From the NCBI GenBank assembly GCA_964658305.1, contig OZ210885.1, positions 18,166,001-18,230,000 on the forward strand: a DNA stretch of 64,000 nt, written 5' to 3'. The notes under the pieces are model-generated. The model searched no databases. It had not been told where the DNA came from and worked only from the letters and a program-made list of their open reading frames with translations. Source of the stretch: Leptogorgia sarmentosa. Taxonomy: Eukaryota. Below are positions 11,312 through 22,569 of the stretch, in pieces. Both the position numbers and the translations under genes were made by a program. The number at the start of each line of letters is the position of its first letter. The stretch's first letter is position 1.

Positions 11312-11620
11312 CGGGTGGAATTCCTCAGGGGTAGGGCATTTTGAGGGTGGAATTCCTCTGGGGTATGGCATTTTGAGGGTGGAATTCCTCAGGGGTAGGG
11401 CATTTTGAGGGTGGAATTCCTCAGGGGTAGGGCATTTTGAGGGTGGAATTCCTCTGGGGTATGGCATTTTGAGGGTGGAATTCCTCTGGGGTATGGCATT
11501 TTGAGGGTGGAATTCCTCAGGGGTAGGGCATTTTGAGGGTGGAATTCCTCAGGGGTAGGGCATTTTGAGGGTGGAATTCCTCAGGGGCAGGGCATTTTGA
11601 GCGTGGAATTCTTCAGGGTT
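11312..11620. repeat. Right subterminal tandem array, ~10 x 31-32 bp (GGGTGGAATTCCTCAGGGGTAGGGCATTTTGA)
   Basis: Read directly. Shares the TGGAATTCYTCAGGGG core with the left array. Confidence 0.95.
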
Positions 11621-11680
11621 ATATGTTTGAAAACAATGTATCCTCGACAGGGGGGGTACGGATATTAAATGGAATAGCCC

Positions 11681-13305
11681 AATATGGATGTTGAATCTGC
11701 AGTTGCTTCGTAATCCCATTCCTAAGACAGTCAGTTCATTACATTGTGGAATGTAGTCCTCAACATTTCCTTTCTTTCGAAATATAAGTTCATGACATTT
11801 CTCTGGATTGCATGCCATTTTATTATTTTCAGTCCAATTGAAGAATTGATGGACAACTTCACCCGAATTATCCTCCTTACCTCTGAATACTGGGACTGCG
11901 ATCGTGGAATCATCTGCATACTTCGCTAAAAATTCTTCTACAGTGAGATCGTTTATAAATATATTGAACAAATATGGACCGCTAACGCTTCCCTGTGTTG
12001 TTCCCCTATTAACAAACTTCCAATTACAAGCAATTCCATTCGAAAGGACACGTTGTTTCCTATCCTGAAGGAAATTTATATACCAATTTATAATGATCGG
12101 GTGGAGAGGCAACTTCTTAAGCTTTTCACATAATAGAGAATGGTTAACCCAGTCAAACGCTTTTGAGAAATCCATTGCAAAAAGTCTGACTGCCTTAATA
12201 TCCTTATTATCTAGATAGCCACATAAAGTATCCTGAATTGAGAGCAAAGCATCCACACAGCTACCACCTTCCCGATAGGCGAACTGATTACCACAGAGAT
12301 GACTCTCTATGATATCCTTGCAGAAACATTTGTAGACTGTTTTCTCAAAAGCTCTAGCAATTACTGGTGTAACATTAATACCACGATAATCTGAATCTTG
12401 CACCGGTGTGTCAGTCTTGGGTAATGGATCAATATTCGCTTCCTTCCATGCCATTGGCCATGTCTGCTTGCGTAACGATAAATTCCAAAGATGAAGTACA
12501 ATTGGAGCTAACTCGTCAACATAATCCCACCATACCCAAAATGGGATCCTATCCGGGCCAGAAGCAGTTTTCTTGACAGTAGCGAGTGACTTAAGAACTT
12601 GAAATGTTGTGAGCTGTGGAACATCCATGCTATAAGTCATACTGACAGGTTCAGTTGTATTGTAGTTTGGATCTGAACACAGATTTCCAAAATAGTCATT
12701 AAGTCGGTTCAGAGTTTCGACATCAAGTGCTGACCGAGGTCTGTATTTTCTGTTAGAGAGTTTATCTACCCCATCCCACCATTTCCTGCAACCAGTATTT
12801 CCAACGCTTCTCCAGTTCCTTCTGTTTTTTGATATTAAATTACCAATCTTTCTATTTAATATTTTTTTGCTTTCACCATCAGTAAGCTTAGATTTCTTTT
12901 TGAGTAAGTGTTTCAGGAGTGGTGTCATCCACACAGGGTCTCTTATAGACACGTTCACAGATTTCAAAGGCATGCATTCATCCATCATCCGTAGTAAAGT
13001 ATTATTAAATTCAGTAACCGTGGTGTCGATATTGTCCTTAGATAACACATCACTCCAATCTTCCATTTGTATACGTCTGTAGAATTCTAGCTTTCTATGC
13101 TCTCTACGATCTCTCAATTCTCGCTTCATACGAACAGGTTTAAGCTTATTAACAGGAGGTAACACAACACCTTTATGATCAGTTTTTCCGGTGGCATCTA
13201 CAGCATAACACGAATGAAACAGGCTTGGGCAATTGGTTAGAACATTATCTAAGATATTACTACCTCTCGTTGGGTAATTAACTAAAGCGTCAAATCCCAA
13301 TTTTG
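11681..13305 (-). mobile_element. 5'-truncated CR1/L2-group LINE: end of APE endonuclease + reverse transcriptase
   Basis: PTRGSNILDNVLTN..DH (EN end), ASGPDRIP, QFAYREG, MDFSKAFD, GTTQGSVSGPYLFNIFINDL, KYADDST. Confidence 0.92.
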
Positions 13306-13336
13306 TTGCATATTTTTTTATTAAGAGACTCGGATT

Positions 13337-15126
13337 TTGTTTAATAATTTTTTAGACTCAGACACTGATGTCGCTGATGAGCCTAAGTCCCGTTTCAAGC
13401 GTCGAATTTTGGTCGCATCGAATGCAATTCAAACAATGGATAATGAGATGACTAACTTCATTATCCATTGTTTGAATTGCATTCGATGCGACCAAAATTC
13501 GACGTATGAAACGGGCCTAATTCAAGAGGTACTCAATGGTCTTCAGTGTTATTGTCAAAAATCACTGCATTGCTATCATAGCATAAATTCAATTATGAAT
13601 ATATTATGACATCTTAGAGCATAGCTGAACAACAAGGAGGTAATGTATCACTTTGTTTTTAAAAAAATCATTGCAGAATTGCAACATACATCATGGTGTT
13701 CTGCTCATGATGAAGTCAATGCCCTGAAGATGGAGAATGAGGAGCTTAAGACACAGATAAAAGTTCTTGAGGAAAAATTAGCACTAATGGAGGAAGTCCC
13801 TTGTTAATAAGCAGCAGGAAGTCATCGAACTATTCAAGGACATTACAGGATCTGGCTGTTTCCTTAGTGGCATACTATCTCTGTCTGAGAGAAATGCAAT
13901 CAAGGATGAGGTCAACAAGGCCAAAAAGCTCTTTGACTTTGGATGTAGAGATGAAGAAATGGACTTAGCTGAAATATTTGATCCTGATTTATTTAACAAG
14001 CTACAGAGAAACATTAAACTAGAGTGTCCCACTATAAGTAATGTGTTGGAGCAGTTAGTCCTATCCCCCAATGCCAGCAGAAATACCATACCAATGAAGA
14101 TGAAAGCAGCTGTCCATGTCATGTCTTGTCCGTCTGCCCCCTTTTTAGCCAACCCATCTTTTTTCAGCAAGCCTCATATTACACAATATTTTTACATTAT
14201 TACACCAGGTTAATTCCAGCCCACCCATATAGGGGATATGTTGAACTTACTATGTATGATTTCTAGAGCAGGTTCATCACAATATGTTTCATTTCCAGGA
14301 CCAGTGTCTTGAAAAGGCAACTGCAAAAGTACAAGGAAATTCTGGCAAAGAGAGCCCCAGCTAATGCACCAATAATAACATACCAAGACAACATGCAATT
14401 GACAAGGACTTCAATGAGGCATCTCAGGCTATCAAAACTACAAAAGGAGAAAGTCAAACAGGGAACGTTCTGGGATGTCACAGTGAGGGGATGGAGGGTA
14501 GCAGATGTCACTGGAATTGATGATTTGTTTGAGAAGAAAGAAACAGCCCTGGATCCACAGAAAGAGATTGCATCCTTAAAATATGAGGATATCAAAATAG
14601 GTGCAGAGTTGCAATTGCATGTATATATAAAGAATCAAATCATGTAAAAGAGCCAAAATTGTTTACTAAGTGGGCCAATGGTTTCTATTTAGTGGCAATT
14701 TAGCCATCATCACTAAACCAGAACAGACTAAGAAAGGGCCAATGAAGAACACCAGGAATTATGGATGGCTTTTAAGAGAAGAAATTTGCTCCAGAAGCTT
14801 GACACAGCCCTTAATAACGTCAATCTAACAAGTGACGAGATCAGTAATGCTCCTCAAGAAACCTTACAAAAGGCAGCACAAGGTGCAGAGGAAGCCAAAG
14901 CCAGTGGGAAAAAATTCAAAATTGATTTTCCTGATTTATCTGATAAGAAGGCCCAGATTTTTCCTCTTCCCATCCCACCTAACCCTAACTACTCTAGGCA
15001 CTGCAAGTAACTTGGATTTGTTTGCTAGTGAGTTTGATTTCAAAAGACAAAGTGTAAAGGAGAAGTTCCTGCCTAAACACAAAGACTATAATCTTGATAA
15101 GGCTTATGAAAGATGTGCCTTTTTAA
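13337..15126 (+). pseudogene. Academ-like transposase, N-terminal part (fragmented)
   Basis: Fragments include IITYQDNMQL (candidate first Asp). The frame ..AYERCAFLK continues SYEKQKEY.. at 20867 after Kolobok removal. Confidence 0.6.
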
Positions 15127-16414
15127 AGGGGAAGTCAGGGTTCACAACAATTTGCACTCAAATGAAAGATCATATATTGCCTACCTCACATGCAAAGTCT
15201 CTTGTCTTCAGATTAAATATAAGTCTAGAAATAAAGCGTTGAAATTGCTAAAATTTACATATTGCGCGCCGCCATAGTATACATCGCAGCGAAGCCGCGA
15301 TCATGCAGCGGTTTTACCTCGTGACGTCATTGCGCGGTTCGCGGTAGCGCCTAATATTCAAATTTCTAAACATCGAAGCGACATTTAGCGAATAAGCGAT
15401 CTTCACAAATCACAGCAGTATTTAGTGTTTTAAATACACATTGTTTTGTTAAAATGCCGTATTGCATGGTGCCTGGTTGCACAAATTGTTCAAAAAAGAC
15501 AAAAGGTAGTGATATATGGTATCATCGTTTACCGAATGATCAACATACACGCAGAATGTGGCTCAGACGTGTTCGCCGCGAAAATTTACCAAAACCAAAC
15601 TCATGCTACGTTTGTAGCGCGCATTTTACTCCTGACTGTTTTGAATTGTCTCTCAAAGAGATGTTTGGTATAAAGTGTAAGAAGGCTCTCAAGCCTGGAA
15701 GTGTTCCATCAATATTTCCATTTTCAAGTCACAAACCAGAACGTGTATTATCACACAAGAGGGCACAAATTAAAGAAAAGATTGCACAAGTCCAGGTAAT
15801 TGATGGGAATAATATATACATTGTGGGAAACACTACAAGAATTTACTACTACAGTAAACCCTCTATTATATGTTTCAGAATATATTATTATTCAAGGGGG
15901 AAGGGGGGGGGGAGGTGAGGGGTCATTGGACAAGTTTACAAAATAAATCAGACTCATTGCCATAAATGCTATAAACTATACTACAAGCAGTCAATATACA
16001 TGAATAATTACAAATAATAAATATTACCAATATTAGTTCATACTGGTTTTACATGATTTAAATACTTTTCATTCAAATCTTGCAAAAATTGGGTTTCTTT
16101 CCAGGAAGTAGAAAATATTTTGAACGACACAGTACATGAAGATGATGCAGGTGATATGCAATGCACTGAACAGGACCCAGCCAATTATGTTCCAAATTTT
16201 GATGCAGGAACACAATGTGAACCCAGAGTTTTGTTGGATGCAGAGACCCAGTCTGACAAAATATTAAAACGTAGTATTGGCATACAAACACTTGCACCAC
16301 GTAAAAAGAAAACTAGAAAATCCCAAAGGCTACATACATCATTGAGTCCAAATGTCAATTGTCCACTTGGTACACTGTCAACACCGATGGAAATAAAACA
16401 ACACAAGCCATCCG

Positions 16415-17697
16415 CAGGCGCGGATCCAGCTTTAAATCTGACCGTGGCAGGGTCGAAAATTCACATAACCAGGGGGGGAGTTCGGGACACCCCCCCCGGT
16501 AAATTGTCGAAATTTGAACACATTTCCCTGCGTTCAGAGCATCGAATTCTATCATATAATTCGCCATTAATTCCGCCATGTTTTAGAGAGAAATAACGAA
16601 TCGCACTCAATGAACTTAAATCGAGATCATATTACTATTTGACCAACTTCAAATAATTTACATATAAAATTTGCATACACAAATATTCCCTGGCCCTAAG
16701 GCAATTGCAAATTTAATATAAATCTATTAAAATTTCTTACTTAACACGGATATTAGGCCCAGATCTTTCAATTTGACTCTTGGGGAACTGCAGTTTGGAA
16801 AATTCGCACACTCGCAGCACGATGTCGCCTGTAGATTTTATACGGCGCAGCTTTCCTTCAGTGATAAATTTATATTTATCACACTGTTGCCTCAAGAGCG
16901 ATAACTCCCCTGAAATATCTTCGCCCTGGTTCAATTTTTGAAAGATTTCAACGAGCTTCTTCAGAACATCGACCTTTTCAAGAGCCTCCATTCTAACAGC
17001 ATTCGATTCAGCGAACTGATCAATATAGCTTGTTATGAAATTCTACCCGTCAAGTCCGACGAGTACCCGAACTCATCGTTCATCATTTGCATTGCGCAAT
17101 GAAAATACGCTCACCGTGGCGCACCGTGGCGCACCGTGGCGCACCGTGGCGCACCGTGGCGCACCGTGGCGCACCGTGGCGCACCGTGGCGCACATGACC
17201 ACATCTAGCCCTGTGATTGGTTTGCACCTCTGCACCGTGGCAGAATGTTACTATATTTAGTAACAATTGCGAAACTTTTTGCACGCTGACCGTGGCAAAA
17301 TTTGTGGCTGTGATCGCAGGCGGCAGCTTCAAATTTGCGAGTGTTTACCGAACATATTCGGCATACTTCGGTACGGTTTCGGCTGTTGTTATAGTTCAGT
17401 GTTAACTGAATGATTATGCTATTGAAGAAACATAATATTTCGGCGTTTTCATTGCGTTTGACGCGAAATACGACACCACATAAAATAATGTGAACAATCC
17501 GGGAAAATGTTATTCAAATTGGCTGTTTTAGAGTTTAGATGCAGATTTCCTTGATTTTGAACGATTTATTTCAAATTATTATTCATATATATATACTTTA
17601 ATCTAATTTGCGAAAAAGGTGAACCCCGGAAAATCTAAGGTGGGAAAAATCTGACCGTGGCTCGCGCACCGTTCGCCACGGTCTGGATCCGCGCCTG
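16415..17697. mobile_element. Non-autonomous hAT-like element with 5-bp TSD (hAT5-type)
   Basis: TIR CAGGCGCGGATCCAG / CTGGATCCGCGCCTG. TSD ATCCG (16410-16414 / 17698-17702). Removal restores KPSAARALYNNG in the Kolobok frame. Confidence 0.87.
17112..17194. repeat. (CACCGTGGCG) x ~8 minisatellite inside the hAT5-like element
   Basis: Direct reading. Confidence 0.95.
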
Positions 17698-19807
17698 ATC
17701 CGCTGCTCGTGCTCTTTACAATAATGGTCCTGATTCAGCCCTAACTGTGATGAAAGAAACAGACACAAATGCAAAATATAACTCTGAGCCTGAGGAAACT
17801 GATAGTTTAGCAGATAACACATCAGACAGTGAATTCACTTCAAATACTGACAGTGATGAGGATTATTTGTGTTCTGAATCAGAAAGTACAACTGATGAGT
17901 CTGATGAGGAGGAACTAAAAAATGAAAGCAAATTTGTTGTGTTCGAAAGCATGCTTGACCAACTTTTTATTAATTGCAAAACTTGTGGCTCTTTATGTGA
18001 GATTGAAAAGTCTGTCACTGGGTAGCATGGTATCAGTCAAAGCAACCTGCTGTAAAAACCATACCTTTCACTGGAGATCACAACCACAATTAAATAACAA
18101 GCCTGCTGGTAACATTTTAATTCCTGCAGCAATTGTCTTTTCAGGTGGATCATATGAACCGTTGAAACAATTCTCAAATGCACTTAACTTGAAATTTGTG
18201 AATAAGGATCAGTTTTATGATGTGCAAGACAAGATAATTTTCCCAGTCATCAATAATGCCTATAAAAAACAACAAAAGGATATCATTGAAACATTGAAAG
18301 ATGAGGAAACTGCAGTGAATTTATGTGGTGATGGTAGATCGGATAGCCCTGGTCATAATGCTAAATATGGCACATACTCACTAATGGATGAAGCTACTGG
18401 AAACATAGTCGATTTCTCTCTTGTTCAAGTCTCCGAGGTTACTTCATCCAATGCAATGGAGAATGAAGGGTGTCAAAGATCTCTGAACAAAGTCCTTTCC
18501 CAGGATGTAAACATAAGATCATTGGCAACAGATCGTCACACAACCATAACTGCAGAAATGCGGAAAAAGTTCCCTCTATTATTCATCAGTATGATGTGTG
18601 GCACCTGTCAAAGTGGGTTACCAAGAAGCTGAGCAAGAAAGCCAAGAAAAAAGGAAACAAGCCACTTTTTAAATGGATAAAATGTGTATCCAATCATTTG
18701 TGGTGGTGTTCACAGACTTGTGGTGGTAATGCTGAAGCCCTGAGGGAGAGGTGGGTGTCCATTTTGAACCATGTGGTGAACAAACATAAATGGAAGAACA
18801 ATAAACATTTCAAAAAGTGTGAACATGGCCCCATGTCTAAAAGAAAAGAAAGAAAAACAAAATGGTTAGATGTAACATCTTCAGCCTATGTTGCCCTAGA
18901 GGAAGTTGTTCTAAACAAAAAATTTCTAAAAGATATTGGAAAACTTACAGAATTCCATCATACTGGTGAGCTCGAAGTTTACCATTCTCTGCTGCTTAAG
19001 TACATTCCAAAGCGTCTGCAATTTTCGTACAAAGGCATGGTCGCTAGAACTCAATTGGCAGTGCTTGATCACAATACGAACACTGGAAGAGAGCAAGCAA
19101 AAATTACTAAGGGCGATAACAAAGGGCAGAAAAAATACAAGTTGGTTTTTCCAAAAGGACAGAAAAAATGGGTAGCAAAGCCGATCAAGACCGGAAAGTC
19201 TTTTTCATTTGTTGAAGACTTGATGGAAGCAGTTGTTTCCATCAAGAATGATACAGATGAAAAAGACACAAGTGATAGTGATGACGAAGATACCACCTGG
19301 GCACCTTGTATTCCAAACAATATCGCTCCCATACCAAGACCCAGTAGAGAGGAAGTAATTGCAGCCCACAGAACCCGGATGTTGAAAAAACAATAAATTT
19401 ATGTTACCCTACAAGAGTGCTACCCTCAAATATACTATTTCACCCGTCGACAAGGTTCAGTATGCGGCCTGCCGCCTGTGTACATGAGTAGTGGATAAAA
19501 ACATCAACAAGCAGCAAAAGTTCTACTCACTACCTAAACGATACAATAAGATTCAAACTTCAATATGTGGCCAGTGTAGGTAGTAGATAACAACATCAAC
19601 AAGCAACAAAAGTTCTACTTACTACCTAAACGATACAGCGAAGACTCAACGTTATAGCTATTTGAACCAGTGTCCAGTGATTACACTGTTAATATCAAGG
19701 ACAAGTTTAACAATTGTTGAATGACTGTAAATTTGTATTATAATTGAAAGTAGATTAATATGTCAAAAATAGCAAATATTGAAGCAATGTTTCAGAAGCA
19801 GAATCCC

Positions 19808-20562
19808 CTACTCATCTGCAAATTTAAACCCTTTAAAAACAAAGTCCTCTTCTAAACCTGGTGGTGGAAAATGAGCTCTAATACAGCTGACTACACAAGA
19901 GGGCAATGGGACCCTTATATCCTTGCCCAAGATATCCCAACACCACCTAACAAACGTCCTATATGCGACATGTCGATTTTTTTTGTGTTCAGGCCCTTCA
20001 AATGCCTTTGCACCATATTGCTGTCGGTAAGTACTCCAGGAAAGTCGCAATACCCAGTAACTTAAACATAAATGCGTGAACACAGGATTATCAGTTATGC
20101 ATTCTGGAATGTCTATGCCCTCAATCTCAGTGGATTCTTGGTTGATAGCAACACAAGCTGGGATCTCCTGGCAACAAACACCCTCTTCTTCCCTATCCAT
20201 TATCTGGCAATGGGTACAAAGACACCTACAGTACGAAGTCGAGATATTTCCTGTGATCATTGGTGATATGTCGATCAATTTATAATATATCCTAAACCCA
20301 CACTATCATTTTTTATACTATTGAATGTAAATGATAATTACCAGTTTGTGTCTTGAAGTCTTGTATTTTCAGACGAAGAAGACCCTGAAGCCATCTCTGA
20401 TCCTGAGTCATCTCCGCCGCCACTCGAGTCAGTTTCAATCGGCTCATATGCATATGGCTGGATGAAATTCACGCCTGCTCCCACGTTCACTTCTTCGCTA
20501 GAACCCGACCCATTCATTTGAGAACTATCACTTGAAGATCCGTTCGAGTAATCAACATCCAT
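19808..20562 (-). CDS. KolX protein (Cys-rich, P2X7-ballast-like), 2 exons
   Basis: Exon 1 from 20562 to a TG|gtaatt donor. Exon 2 starts at 20225, giving NWCLCTHCQIM..E..CCQE..CIT....F...RHVAYRTFVRW..LGKDIRVPLPSCVV..IR..FP. Confidence 0.82.
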
Positions 20563-22569
20563 TTTTTCAATATATTCCTTGTATTTTAAATTACTTCGAA
20601 ATATGCTGTATTTTGTGGAAAACAACACCGACTGCGAATCTATGGCGATAGCGAACCGCGCAATGACGTCACGAGGTAAAACCGCTGCATGATCGCGGCT
20701 TCGCTCCGATGTATACTATGGCGGCGCGCAATATGTAAATTTTAGCAATTTCAACGCTTTATTTCTAGACTTATATTTAATCTGAAGACAAGAGACTTTG
20801 CATGTGAGGTAGGCAATATATGATCTTTCATTTGAGTGCAAATTGTTGTGAACCCTGACTTCCCCTTTAAAGTCATACGAAAAACAGAAGGAATATGAAC
20901 TTATTTTACGAAGACAACCAACTCGATCTGATGGCACTATGAATAATGAATTGGAGGAGGACCATTTTATATTTCAGAGCTGTGAACGTAATACTAGTAG
21001 TGATGATGTATCATAGAAGTATGATGAAAGTTTTAAAAATAGGTACAGAAAGTGTACATGTATCTGCGCCTATGTAGCTTGATGATCAAGTCTTATTTGT
21101 TTTCAGCCTTTCATTATGTTATGTTATGTTATTGCGTCTTTAAAATAGACACAGCGCTTTGCGATTGTGAAAAATGTGGCTCTCTAAAAACCAAATTTAC
21201 CTTTTCAATACCGTATCATAATATATTCATATACAATATATTCCGTCCATTCATGCGCATTTGCGTAGACGCTAAAGTGTATGTATGATCGGTATGCGCA
21301 TTACGCGTAGGTTCAAAACAGAATACTTGAAACTATATATGATTTCGTTTGTTTTGTCTCGCGCTTAATAAACACACAAACCCGTTTTATTACAAGCTAC
21401 AAAATCTATTCTCCTGGGATTGAGTGTTTCAACCATTCTGTATGGCGAAGCGTCAAAATATAGTAGATATTCCGTGATCACAATGACACCGCAGGCAATC
21501 CAAACATGTACACTGTACAGTGTGTCAGTGCGACAGCGCCGACACGCTAAAGTATCATAGGGAAAATATACGCGCTATTGTGTCAAGACATTAAACTCTT
21601 TCATAACAAATATTCGCTGTGTTCAATTGTATAAATTGCTTCATGATATTTTTGCTTTGATGATCTAAATTGCATAGCGAACTGCGAACGCGAACCTTTT
21701 AATTCATGATATTTTTGCGTATAAATTTCCTTAGTATAAATAGTGTTCTAAACGACATAAACGCTCATAAATTAACCTCTATTTCAGTGAAGTCACTCGT
21801 AGCTGCGAACATTATATTTTCTTTTTATCTGGATATTCATGCGAAACAAAATCCACGATCAAACAGACAAACACATCACCACTCTTTAGCTCACGCCTAT
21901 ATCAGCCGCCATTTTGTAATATTTAGCCCGCAAGAACTCCACGTTGGTTCCCTTAAATTTGCGGGTAGGCTCAGTGAGAATTACATCATCTCAATGTTAC
22001 GTTGTCGCCTATTGGCTAAATTTAACTAACGAATTCGATGATTGGCTGCAAGCTAACAGTTAACAGCTAACAGCTAACAACTCGATAGCAATATATCTGC
22101 TGCGCAGATACAAAAATGTTTGGAACTGTATCTATCTATTTTATGCAAAATAGTACATGATTTAGCCTACTTACACAGGCATTTCTTAAGCTCTTTTCTA
22201 TATTGATTTTTGTATTAAACGTAAACTTTGAAGATATCTAAAAGCATGGTTTATATTTTCTCTTAAGTTGTAATGTATCTTGCTGGTTTCTCAAGCTTCC
22301 AAACTGACAGCTTTTAGCCTGCAGTCCTTTTTCATTGTCTTATTTACAAAAACTGCTTTATTGCTCTTTTTGGTTCCTTGACCGAAAAATCTACCCAAAC
22401 ATTTTCGATAAAAACTGTAAGCGAACCATCCACTACAAGAAACTGTGTAACCATGACTAATGGTTAATAATGATGACAGAAAAAAACACTGGAAAACCGC
22501 GAACTCCCTTTCCAGAGAACCGGAAGTCCCCGTGATCATCCACTTTGAAAGCTGCAAAAAGTTGGCAGT

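Larger units (their letters stand above)
543..11680 (+). mobile_element. 11.1-kb Zator-like DNA transposon with cargo genes
   Basis: Perfect 42-bp TIRs GGGCTATTCCATTTAATATCCGTACCCCCCCTGTCGAGGATA (543-584 / 11639-11680). 3-bp TSD AAT (540-542 / 11681-11683). Inserted in a LINE ORF. Internal DDE transposase. Confidence 0.92.
15454..19396 (+). pseudogene. Kolobok transposase with N-terminal THAP domain (intron 15796-16104, hAT insertion, 2 frameshifts)
   Basis: THAP: MPYCMVPGC...W...C.AHF...VPSIF. Core: GDGRSDSPGHNAKYGTY, LATDRH, DVWHLSK, HTGELEVYHS. GT/AG splice keeps frame. Frameshifts near 18020 and 18570. Confidence 0.88.
15127..20866 (+). mobile_element. Kolobok DNA transposon
   Basis: ~216-bp near-perfect TIRs starting AGGGGAAGTCAGGG. 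TTAA TSD (15123-15126 / 20867-20870). THAP-transposase and convergent KolX ORF. Confidence 0.93.

Noticed and set aside
11240..11680. Repetitive ORF MPYPRGIPPSK and the odd C-terminus of the 583-aa RT ORF
   Set aside because: Read-through into the TIR and tandem array; not genuine protein.
19808..20278. P2X7 receptor gene
   Set aside because: Only the Cys-rich domain is present, with no transmembrane or ectodomain, and it lies inside Kolobok TIRs.
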